Below are positions 32,081 to 40,778 of a stretch of 54,981 bases of DNA, piece after piece; position 1 is the stretch's first letter, and each line of letters opens with the position of its first letter. Source of the DNA: a virus. Lineage: Duplodnaviria; Heunggongvirae; Uroviricota; Caudoviricetes. The notes below the pieces were generated by a model. It saw only the letters and a program-made list of their open reading frames with translations, was not told the origin of the DNA and ran no database searches. The stretch lies in the IMG/VR virus record IMGVR_UViG_2875697941_000003; one strand, written 5' to 3'. Position numbers and translations under genes: made by a program.

Positions 32081-32295
32081 TATTCACCTCTCGCAGCCTT
32101 GCGCTTATCTTCTTTAATCTTGAAATAAAGGTTTGTCAGGTACGTCAGCAGGCCAAATACCAGACTACCCAGCACACCGATTGCAGCCCACTGTGACGGA
32201 GTTACTCTATCGAGCAACTGTAAAAACCAGTAGCCAGCACTGCCTGCGGAGGTGCCGTAGGCAATGCCTGTTGAAATTTTGTCCATGGATTTCAT
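32080..32295 (-). CDS. Pinholin S21-type (class II holin) with dual-start motif
   Basis: [26 protein letters not shown]... matches phage 21 S21; two Met codons (32295 and 32286) behind a strong SD GGAGGTGA. Confidence 0.85.
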   Translation of the reverse strand: MKSMDKISTGIAYGTSAGSAGYWFLQLLDRVTPSQWAAIGVLGSLVFGLLTYLTNLYFKIKEDKRKAARGE

Positions 32296-32396
32296 AGCCT
32301 CACCTCCGCACGGAACGGATGGCATAGTTATTATGTGTAGGCTTTCAGACACATCAATCAGAGCCTTAATTGATATATATGCTGGAGACGATGCAA

Positions 32397-32421
32397 TATA
32401 AAAAGCTCGCCGTAGCGAGCT
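32397..32421 (-). terminator. Rho-independent terminator between lipoprotein morons and the lysis cassette
   Basis: Minus-strand hairpin AGCTCGC-TACG-GCGAGCT followed by TTTTTATATTG. Confidence 0.6.
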
Positions 32422-32546
32422 AATAAAATGTATTTCTCTGATATTATGTTTATTTGTATTAGCTCAGACTTGACATCACAGGTTTCGTATATAGAACATC
32501 ATCAAATCTGTCAGTTTGCTATGAATGAGATATAGTAATTGAAGAG

Positions 32547-32942
32547 CTAACCTCGCATGTCAAAGCCAGATTTCTGAAAATCTCTGTAGACTTCCGGATT
32601 GTTGAAGGCCGGAAATTTGGCTTTATGAGCTGCGGACTTTATCGCTTCGCAATAGGCTTTATCACCGTTACTGGTAGATATTTTTAACGCCGTGCCATCC
32701 TGAGAGAATTCCATATGCAACCTGCATTTTTTCCCTTTCCAGTTATGCGGCTCATCAAGTTTGGCATTAATTGCAGCTCTGATTCCCCGCGCTTGCGCCC
32801 CCCATTCATCCTGATCATCCCAGCGTCCTGAACTGCAACTACCTGTAGCAGTAGTTTTGTGGCAATCTGAAGGGTGTAAAGGTGTGCATCCCGCAACAAA
32901 ACCGACCCAAAAAGTCAACATAACGATTTTCTTTAATCCCAC
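32547..32942 (-). CDS. Lipoprotein with TolA C-terminal domain (TolA-III)-like region, paralog 1
   Basis: Signal peptide plus lipobox VAGC; C-terminal region aligns with TolA domain III and with paralog 2 (conserved Cys pair, DG, F..D motif). Confidence 0.65.
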   Translation of the reverse strand: MGLKKIVMLTFWVGFVAGCTPLHPSDCHKTTATGSCSSGRWDDQDEWGAQARGIRAAINAKLDEPHNWKGKKCRLHMEFSQDGTALKISTSNGDKAYCEAIKSAAHKAKFPAFNNPEVYRDFQKSGFDMRG

Positions 32943-33092
32943 TTCTTGCTCCTCAATCCATTAAAATCTCAGCAATAGTAGTTGTTACGTCCGCCACTGG
33001 CTCAGAGCTGACTATCCGCTAAATTTAGCTCAGTGCCGTAGCTGTGTCAGAACAAACCTAAGCCGAAACCGTTTATTACAAAACAATAAATA

Positions 33093-33521
33093 TCAGGGTT
33101 TAAAATCCAGCACCCCATTTTGAAATACTTTATATACTTCCGGCGAAGGGGGGGCAGGTATATCAGCATTCTTTATCGCATTCATCGCTTCACGACATAA
33201 ATCGAGGTCTCCACTTTCTCTTTTAACCTCCAGTAGAAGGCCATTCGGGGCCATATGCATTCTCAGTGTACACTCTTTTCCTGAATACTTACTCGCATCC
33301 CCGAACTGTTTTTCGATGGCGCTCTTGATTTGATGGGCATACAGACGGATATCCTCACTAACATCAGAAGTACGTTCAGATGAACTCACATACTGTGTCT
33401 CTATTGCTTTATCGGAGTAATATGATGTACGGTCATGATAATTTGTCGATACAGCATCAGTGCACCCGATAATAATCCCACTAATAATCAACGTAAGAAT
33501 TGATGCGCTACGAAAACCCAT
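33093..33521 (-). CDS. Lipoprotein with TolA C-terminal domain (TolA-III)-like region, paralog 2
   Basis: Signal peptide plus lipobox IIGC; C-terminus QIKSAIEKQFGDASKYSGKECTLRMHMAPNGLLLEVK...PEVYKVFQNGVLDFKP closely resembles E. coli TolA C-terminus; own SD GAGGAA and TATATATAAT -10-like box upstream. Confidence 0.7.
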   Translation of the reverse strand: MGFRSASILTLIISGIIIGCTDAVSTNYHDRTSYYSDKAIETQYVSSSERTSDVSEDIRLYAHQIKSAIEKQFGDASKYSGKECTLRMHMAPNGLLLEVKRESGDLDLCREAMNAIKNADIPAPPSPEVYKVFQNGVLDFKP

Positions 33522-34107
33522 TTTTCCTCACATATGTCATATAGTAAAGGATTATATATACCGTTGTTTTGGACGCTCAAACAGCGAATCAGATCAAATA
33601 AAACGCACATTTGTTAACATTTACACAAAGTCTGCGTGGGATATTCTGAAAGAATATCCATAATGTGGAGAGAATCTATTGAAGTGCATGGTGCCGGGTG
33701 CCTCCCGGTGAACAAAATGTTCGTGATACCTGTCGGCGACAGAAAAGGTTAATGGTATCACCCCACCGCACAGGGGGATTCACCATGCAGGAGTTTTCTT
33801 AGCAAACTCACTGCGCGCCCGGCAACTCCCAACCACATAAAATGCGGAGTTTGTGGTATTTATGCATATAACTCGCAGGAATTATCTTAAAAAACTGATG
33901 TCGATCCGGATTAAAAAGAAGCAGGTCATCATCAGATGACTGGAAAAAAGGAAAAAAAATACTCATCATACAGTTTTGATTGCAGGGATGAGCCTGCTAT
34001 GCACAATATGCAGAATATAAGCAAGATAAAAATATGCAGGCATATTATTTCGGATTTTGTTATTAACACAACCTTTTTAATAATCATTTGGCATACAATA
34101 AACCAGT

Positions 34108-34133
34108 CCAAAAAGAACCGCCTAAACAGGCGG
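34108..34133 (-). terminator. Rho-independent terminator on the late-transcript strand
   Basis: Minus-strand hairpin CCGCCT-GTTT-AGGCGG followed by TTCTTTTTGG. Confidence 0.6.
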
Positions 34134-34404
34134 TTGGTCAATACAAAGGATGCTTCGTCTTTATTATAGTAATCTGAGGCGTCGGGTGTCTTGTATCAGA
34201 CAACATATTGTCCCGCTAAACAGCGAATTACAAACCACCCTGCAATGATCTCTCATCTCATTTTATATGAGTTGACGACATCAGGATAACGCATCATCAG
34301 CCCCTGCCAAGAAATATCAAAACTCCCGCCAGCAATGTGTTATCACAATATTGTAAAAAAAACACAGCACCGAAACTATAACTGGTCTCTGTTATAATTT
34401 GGAG

Positions 34405-34482
34405 CAGAAAGACCAGTTGCCCAACTAGCAGCATTCTCCCCTGCTTTCCTGACGTAAAAAAACCGCATTAAGCGGTTTTTTT
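34405..34482 (+). ncRNA. Candidate small RNA (~80 nt) antisense to the late leader region
   Basis: Extended -10 TGTTATAAT at 34390-34398, internal hairpin AGCAG...CTGCT, ends at the 34456-34482 terminator; no ORF. Confidence 0.3.
34456..34482. terminator. Bidirectional rho-independent terminator ~80-100 nt downstream of the Q-like gene (tR'-like)
   Basis: AAAAAAACCGC-ATTAA-GCGGTTTTTTT: symmetric A-tract/stem/T-tract. Confidence 0.75.
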
Positions 34483-34562
34483 ACGATGTCCATGTCTGCA
34501 ATCCGCCTCGCGATACAGCTGTGCGAAGCATAGCAAAATTGAAGCAGTTTATACGTAAGAAA

Positions 34563-35105
34563 TCAAGCCATTTTCTCAGCAAATGATTCACGCATGGGAA
34601 TATATAGGGCATACTCAGCAACAGCTAACCAATTAGCAATCCGTTTTTCGCATGTGCTAAAACACCACTCTGGGTGTCCATCATTTAGCAATTCAGCCAT
34701 TTTGCGCTTAGTCATCCCCCGCCCTTCATAGCGTTGCCGGAGAATGCAAATCAATCCTGGATGCTCTGCCAGCACCTCACTTATGACTCGATCAATACAT
34801 AACGCCTCTGCATCAGTACAATGCGCCAGCCAGCTCTTTTGCTTGCCGTTGATCATCTCTCGCAAAAACGCTTCCAGCTCAGCTTTCTCTATTCCCGCTT
34901 TTTTCATTCTACGCAGGGCTTCATTAATGGCTGTTTTCGTCAGTTTTTTGGATGCCAACAACTGATTGAACATATTCCCTGACCTGCCACCGCCAATATA
35001 CGACCAGCGCCCCCACATACGTAGTTTTCCCTGAATCCAGACACTTTCCAGCGTGGTGAGGCGAAGGTGTTCTCCGCTTTTTCCTGTATTCGTTGGGTAA
35101 ATCAT
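34563..35105 (-). CDS. Putative late-gene antiterminator (Q-like) by position
   Basis: Last gene of the nin block, followed by terminator and late/lysis genes; family not confirmed from sequence. Confidence 0.45.
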   Translation of the reverse strand: MIYPTNTGKSGEHLRLTTLESVWIQGKLRMWGRWSYIGGGRSGNMFNQLLASKKLTKTAINEALRRMKKAGIEKAELEAFLREMINGKQKSWLAHCTDAEALCIDRVISEVLAEHPGLICILRQRYEGRGMTKRKMAELLNDGHPEWCFSTCEKRIANWLAVAEYALYIPMRESFAEKMA

Positions 35106-35392
35106 AAATGACCTTTCTTTCTCCAGATTTCTTGTGTGCGAAAAACCCCTTCAGCATGCATCAGGCGCAATTCTTCTTTGGTGTAATCGCTGGTTTTTAC
35201 CCGCCCGTCGATTAGATCGTGGCATGAGCTACAGGCTATCGCCGCCTGCATATCGTGTGGTTTTGTCGCTGTTCCGCACGTCCCCGCCAGCCTGTAATGC
35301 GCCAGCACAGAGGTTTCGGGATTGTGATTGCAGTAGCCAGGGATTCTGATCTGGCACATCTGGCCTTTAGCCGCTTTACGTAAATTCACCAT
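35102..35392 (-). CDS. Nin-region protein, YbcO-like (DUF1364, Cys-rich putative nuclease)
   Basis: Resembles DLP12 YbcO as I recall it (CQIRIPGYCNHNPETSVLAH...ACSSCHD). Confidence 0.65.
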   Translation of the reverse strand: MVNLRKAAKGQMCQIRIPGYCNHNPETSVLAHYRLAGTCGTATKPHDMQAAIACSSCHDLIDGRVKTSDYTKEELRLMHAEGVFRTQEIWRKKGHL

Positions 35393-35991
35393 TACGCAAA
35401 CTCCAGTAGTTGTGCGGCCACATTTTCAACTTCCTCCTGAGAGGAGAATTTACGAAACAGAATCCAGTTCCACAGCACATTCAGTACAGATTTATAAACC
35501 TGCTGAAACTCGACTTCGTCCATATTCGCAAAAGCGATGGATTTTGCCCGACGCCCACGGCTACCGTCCGGATAAATATGCTCGGTGTAAAATCCGGCCT
35601 GAATGGTTACCCACTCGCGGAAAGCCTCAAACGACTTTAGCAACGCCGTATCCCGGGTTCTACGAGTCGCAACGGTGTTAAGGTATTGCTCTGCGGCATC
35701 ACTCAGGGCTGGCGTGTGTTCCCGACCAACTGATTCGCACAGGTAATCAACGAAACCAGACAGCAGTTCTCGTTCGCGAGGCGTGATCGCCCCACCGACC
35801 GGAGTCCAGTAATCGAATCCCAGTTGCAGGAGTTTGAAAAAACGCTTGTGGAATGCGTAGTTACGCACACGCTTAAAGTCTGCGTGTATCCACTCACCTA
35901 TTTTGATTTGATGCAGAAAATCGCAACTCTCCGGCGTCGCCGGGAGAAGTAAACCAGAAGAAGTTTGTTTGACCAGTTGTATATGCGCCAT
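35392..35991 (-). CDS. Nin-region hypothetical protein (DUF1367-like)
   Basis: Position and size typical of lambdoid nin-region genes. Confidence 0.5.
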   Translation of the reverse strand: MAHIQLVKQTSSGLLLPATPESCDFLHQIKIGEWIHADFKRVRNYAFHKRFFKLLQLGFDYWTPVGGAITPRERELLSGFVDYLCESVGREHTPALSDAAEQYLNTVATRRTRDTALLKSFEAFREWVTIQAGFYTEHIYPDGSRGRRAKSIAFANMDEVEFQQVYKSVLNVLWNWILFRKFSSQEEVENVAAQLLEFA

Positions 35992-36271
35992 TTCTCAATC
36001 TCTCGATGGCGCAGCGCAGCAGATGCCAGTTGTTCAGGCTGACGAATAAAGTATAAATAAACTGGCTATGGTGTAAAGCCCCACATAGCATGAACAAACA
36101 CTACATATCAAATAGCTGGTACAAGGATAGAAATACGACATTTATTATTAAAAACGATTAGATAAATTACATTTTAATGTTATGCAAAAGTTCTTTTTTA
36201 TCATAACATTTCAATAAAAGCATTACAGATGCAATCATCCCGTCATCATCAATTATTTAAGGTGGTTAAAC

Positions 36272-36358
36272 ATGGAAAATAACAAGTTCGCACATCTCGC
36301 TCCTTTTTTATCCGTAATCCTTTTCGCTTGTTGTTTTATATGGGCATTATTTTTATAA
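36272..36358 (+). CDS. Small hydrophobic peptide (28 aa, MENNKFAHLAPFLSVILFACCFIWALFL); candidate small membrane protein or type I toxin
   Basis: Strong SD AAGGTGG 6 nt upstream of ATG; single predicted TM; sits in an AT-rich intergenic region. Confidence 0.3.
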   Translation: MENNKFAHLAPFLSVILFACCFIWALFL

Positions 36359-36804
36359 AGTAGCCACATGATAAGTTGCTGGAATCATATTTCCCACTCA
36401 AGTCATTAACATTTGATAAGATATATCTAAAAGGACGCCTTTACATTATTTATGTGTATATAATTTATTTATATACACAGTAAAGGTATCCTGGGAAAAT
36501 ATTTATCGTTAAAAAATACATCATAAATAATTAAGCTGAAATTTCAGAACACAACTAATACACACAATAAGGTTCAGTAACAATAATCTATGTGGACTAC
36601 ATCGAGATTTTTTGATTAAACTTTAATAACTTATTCCTAACACACAGAATGCATAAACTAAAAGTAAAACAAATAGTTATACGAAAAACAACCATATTTA
36701 TTATATCTTCTCCTCTAATCAACATATCAATTATGTGTTTCATAACAGCTTGACATAACCCTCAAAAACACGCATTTATAATGCATGTTTTTGATGAGGT
36801 GGTT

Positions 36805-37143
36805 ATGACACACAAGAGAATTCCTAAAGATTGGGTAATCAAACGCTCAACTCCGTTCTTCACAAAAGAGAACGTACCTTCAGCGTTATTAACACATCAT
36901 AATACAGCAGCAGGTGTTTTTGGGCAGTTGTGCGTAATGGAAGGCACTGTAACATATTATGGTTTTACTGATGAGAATGCTACTGAACCGGAGATAAAAG
37001 TAGTCATTAATGCTGGCGCTTTTGCAACAAGCCCACCACAATACTGGCACCGTGTTGAACTAAGCGATGATGCTCAGTTTAATATTAACTTTTGGGTCGC
37101 TCCAGACTTCTCGGGCGAAAAAGTCTATAGCACCAAAAAATAG
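36805..37143 (+). CDS. Hypothetical protein (~113 aa), first gene of the cargo island
   Basis: ORF with GAGGTGG SD before internal ATG at 36805; no phage-like features. Confidence 0.5.
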   Translation: MTHKRIPKDWVIKRSTPFFTKENVPSALLTHHNTAAGVFGQLCVMEGTVTYYGFTDENATEPEIKVVINAGAFATSPPQYWHRVELSDDAQFNINFWVAPDFSGEKVYSTKK

Positions 37144-37866
37144 ATGATCATATTAAAAATGCTTTAACAGTCAGACCCGGCAGGGCTATCCCCGACGGGT
37201 CTCATTTTTGTAAATATATTGGTTCTACATTGACAGGAGACTTCAACCATAAGAAGTAATCTGAATACTTGAGCAATAAATTTACTTAAGATTAATGAGC
37301 GCACCTTGCCGGACAAAGATAAACCAAGGTAACACCTTTTTTCTAGCCAGTATGTAATCAATCAGAAAGCCGCTCCATAAGAACAACAGCAAGACAATAA
37401 ATTGCCATTACAGCCGCAATAGCTAGCGCACATTTGAGAACCAGCACGACAACCTCCTGTATTGGACGTACACCAGTTCTGATAAATATGAGGCTGTCTC
37501 ATCATTGATTCAATATAACTATTGGGTATAGTTTCTGTGATTTTGTTCTGTAGAAATGGAACACAACAACCAGTCACCACCAGCACTTCTTTAAATACGC
37601 CAAGTCCGACGCAAGCTAACCTTCTAGTCCGCTTTGAGCGAGGAGCGGACCAAACCCGGCCAACTGACTCTTAAAGGGGCCGCAGGAATTTTTCGTCTGA
37701 ACTTTCGAAGCTCCTCTCCCTGAAGACAGAAAACTTCTGTGTGCTGTGGGAATATTGAATCTTTGCCTTAGATATAAATAATTTTATCCCGCCTGAAGTT
37801 TACATTATTTTATTTATCTGTTTTTCTAAATCAGACTGCACTCCTTACTTAAATCAGGAGCCAGTC

Positions 37867-39066
37867 ATGCCATTTGTTATTTATGTGTTTACTATCAGTG
37901 CCTTTGCGCTCGGACTCGCGGAATTTGTCCCCATTGGGCTGACAGACGTTATGGCTCAGGGGTTGTGTGTGGGTGTGGAGCAGACCGGGGCAGCGGTTAC
38001 AACCTATGCACTGGGGGCAACGTTCGCGGCACCCGTACTGTCTGCGCTGACAGCAAGCTGGAGCCGGAAAAATGTAATGCTTACAACTGCCGTTGTGTTT
38101 ACTGCCGGTAGTCTGGCGGCCGCGTTTGCAGCCACATTACCTCAGCTCCTGTTAGCGCGGTTCATTGCTGGTCTGGGACACGGCCTGTTTCTGGCTGCGG
38201 CATCCAGTACCGCAGCTCGTCTTGCTGGACCGGGTAAAGCAGGCAGAGCGGTGGCTGTGGTATTTGGTGGCTTTACTCTGGCGATGGCAATCGGCGTACC
38301 GCTGAGTACATGGTTGGGGGGGGTGGTCTCATGGCGTCCAGTTCTCGGCGCTATTGCCGCTTTTGGCGCGTTCGGATTCCTTGGACTGTTGTTCGGTATG
38401 AAAGATCCCGTACGCAGCGTGCCCGGTGAACATAGTGACTCAGCAATGCAGAATATCGGCATGCTGTTTAACCGTAAGTTGCTGGCCGGCGCGCTGGTTA
38501 CGGTGCTGGCGTATGCAGGCTCGTTTACGGATTACACCTTTATCGCACCTATTCTGACGCAGGTGACAGGGGTTACCGGAGCAACGGTGAGTCTGTTTAT
38601 GCTGGTTTACGGTATTACAGCTGCGGTAGGTAATATTCTTGGTGGGAAACTTACCGACAGCATGGGGGTTAATCGTGCCAATATACTCATCATTAGCGGC
38701 ATTGTTGTTGTCGTGCTTGGTATGTGGCTGCTGTCATCCTCACCGGTGAGCATGGGCATTCTGGTTGCGCTGCTGGGTATGGTGACATTTGCCGCAGTGC
38801 CGGCACTGCAGGCCCGTCTGATTGGTGTCGCTGAGCAACATGCTCCTCATGCGCATGGTGTTGCTGCCGGCCTGAATATTGCGGGCTTCAACTCAGGTAT
38901 AGCGCTGGGATCAGTACTGGGCAGCATTACTATAAGCCACGCCGGTATCGTGTATACCGGTATCAGCGGTGCGATTGTTTCTCTGCTCGGCCTGCTGTTG
39001 CTGCTTGCACAAATCCGTCGCAGCCACAGTCGTAAATTTCAACAGGTTAAAATCGTAGGCCAGTAA
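37867..39066 (+). CDS. MFS transporter (12-TM), 399 aa
   Basis: Hydrophobic multi-pass sequence with MFS-like architecture. Confidence 0.8.
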   Translation: MPFVIYVFTISAFALGLAEFVPIGLTDVMAQGLCVGVEQTGAAVTTYALGATFAAPVLSALTASWSRKNVMLTTAVVFTAGSLAAAFAATLPQLLLARFIAGLGHGLFLAAASSTAARLAGPGKAGRAVAVVFGGFTLAMAIGVPLSTWLGGVVSWRPVLGAIAAFGAFGFLGLLFGMKDPVRSVPGEHSDSAMQNIGMLFNRKLLAGALVTVLAYAGSFTDYTFIAPILTQVTGVTGATVSLFMLVYGITAAVGNILGGKLTDSMGVNRANILIISGIVVVVLGMWLLSSSPVSMGILVALLGMVTFAAVPALQARLIGVAEQHAPHAHGVAAGLNIAGFNSGIALGSVLGSITISHAGIVYTGISGAIVSLLGLLLLLAQIRRSHSRKFQQVKIVGQ

Positions 39067-39077
39067 AGGGAGGTTAT

Positions 39078-39770
39078 ATGCTTACCCGTGAAAATATGCT
39101 TAATGGCACATTTGTCAGGGTGCATGAAGCGCTGCTCCCGGCGAATATGCTCTGGGACGCTGAAAAAATACGCGCATCAATGAACTCTACTCTGGAGGAG
39201 CGCCCGACGGGTGCTCCTGTCTGGATATTTGCCTACGGGTCATTGATGTGGAATCCCGTGCTGGCGATTGAAGAAATGCAACGGGCCCGTCTGAAAGGAT
39301 GGCAGCGCAGTTTCTGCATTCGTTTGATATCCGGACGAGCGACTCCTGATGTCCCCGGCAGGATGTTATCGCTCGACGAAGGTGGAATTACCGAAGGTAT
39401 TGCGTTCAGACTGCCGGAATCGACTCTTATTAATGAGCTGGAAATTGTCTGGACGCGCGAGATGATAACCGGTCTTTACCGTCCGGTCTGGGCAGACGTT
39501 TCGCTAGGAAACGGTAAGGAAATTCAGGCGCTGGCTTTCGTATCAGACAGACTGCATCCGCATTATGAACAGGACAATCTTACAGCGACCGTAGCGTTGA
39601 GCATCGCATCTGCCCGTGGAGACATTGGCACGAATGCAGATTATGTATGGAAACTGCAGGCCACTCTGGGTGCGTTGGGAATACGGGATGATTACGTGAG
39701 TGAACTGGCCCTTGCTCTGCATGAGGCTCCCTGTAACGATAAACTTCATCAGCGAGGCGCTTCACTATGA
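39078..39770 (+). CDS. ChaC-like gamma-glutamyl cyclotransferase family protein
   Basis: Conserved AYGSLMWNP motif and overall similarity to E. coli ChaC, but clearly a distinct paralog. Confidence 0.75.
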   Translation: MLTRENMLNGTFVRVHEALLPANMLWDAEKIRASMNSTLEERPTGAPVWIFAYGSLMWNPVLAIEEMQRARLKGWQRSFCIRLISGRATPDVPGRMLSLDEGGITEGIAFRLPESTLINELEIVWTREMITGLYRPVWADVSLGNGKEIQALAFVSDRLHPHYEQDNLTATVALSIASARGDIGTNADYVWKLQATLGALGIRDDYVSELALALHEAPCNDKLHQRGASL

Positions 39771-40648
39771 GCCATCTGAGCCATCTGCGAACGTTTCTTG
39801 AGGCCTATCGCTCTGGCTCCTTTTCAAAGGCGGCAGAACTACTGGGCATCACTCAGCCCGCGGCGTCACAGCATATCCAGTCTCTTGAGACTCTGGTTGG
39901 TAAGCGTCTGTTTATCAGGCAGGCCAGAGGCGTGACGGCAACCGAAGCTGCGGATGAGCTTGCCCGCTCAGTTTCACCCTTCATTGATGGTCTGGAAGAA
40001 AAGCTGTCCTCTTTCCGGTCAGGCTCTGTACGTGGGGGAACAATTAATCTGGCAGGACCGCCAGATTTTATTCATTCCCGGCTTGGGACAGTAATGGCTC
40101 CACTAATGAAGGAGGGGTATCGCCTACGCTTTCATACCGGCAATAAGCAACGTATTTATTCCCTTTTGCATGACGGGAGCGCCGATCTCGCTGTTACCGC
40201 ATCTATGCCTGATGACCGTCTGTACGGCTATGCACATCTACTGACTGAACGCATGCTCCTTGTTCATGCTCCCGCCATGTCAGAGATCATCGGATCAGAA
40301 CCTGGTGCTGAAACGCTTGCCTCATTACCGCTGATTGCTTATGACGAAGAGTTGCCACTGATTAGAGCGCTCTGGGCCTCCATTTTTCAGAGAGCCCCTG
40401 AGATGCAGGCTACATTCACCATTCCGGATTTACGTATTATCCGCGACTTGGTCTGTGACGGCCACGGGTGGACAGTGCTGCCGGATTATCACTGTGACAA
40501 TGACCTGAAAAGTGGTCGCCTGATTTCAGTGACACCTGCAGACCTCGCTCCGACTAATCATCTTTATCTGGTCTGGAACAAAAGGACGGCTAATAACAGC
40601 CGAACCGCCTATGTTCGGGATTACATTCTTAAAACGTTTCCGCGTTGA
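39767..40648 (+). CDS. LysR-family transcriptional regulator
   Basis: N-terminal HTH (HLRTFLEAYRSGSFSKAAELLGITQPAASQHIQSLE) plus LysR substrate-binding region; 293 aa. Confidence 0.85.
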   Translation: MSHLSHLRTFLEAYRSGSFSKAAELLGITQPAASQHIQSLETLVGKRLFIRQARGVTATEAADELARSVSPFIDGLEEKLSSFRSGSVRGGTINLAGPPDFIHSRLGTVMAPLMKEGYRLRFHTGNKQRIYSLLHDGSADLAVTASMPDDRLYGYAHLLTERMLLVHAPAMSEIIGSEPGAETLASLPLIAYDEELPLIRALWASIFQRAPEMQATFTIPDLRIIRDLVCDGHGWTVLPDYHCDNDLKSGRLISVTPADLAPTNHLYLVWNKRTANNSRTAYVRDYILKTFPR

Positions 40649-40778
40649 TGTTTGAAACGGATGATTGGCGATGCGTATCATAAGTTACGTATGTCCGCTT
40701 CTGGCACAAAGCAGACGCCCACTCTCACGCGAATGCTTTGCCCTTGACTTGCCAACAACCGTATCGCTTGCTCCGCAA

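Noticed and set aside
32296-32352. N-terminal extension of the holin ORF ([19 protein letters not shown]...)
   Set aside because: The strong SD and conserved dual-start MKSM are at 32295/32286; the upstream extension is just the open frame running through the RBS region.
33540-34107. Searched the AT-rich Q-to-lysis spacer for tRNA genes or a toxin cassette as in Stx phages
   Set aside because: No tRNA-like T-arm/acceptor pattern and no long ORF with RBS; the listed 69-aa and 77-aa ORFs overlap a terminator hairpin and look spurious.
37362-37586. Cys-rich small ORF (...GGCRAGSQMCASYCGCNGNLLSCCCSYGAAF) between cargo genes, considered as a possible microcin/RiPP precursor
   Set aside because: No recognisable Shine-Dalgarno before any candidate start, GTG first codon, no adjacent modification or export genes; kept only as a low-probability note.
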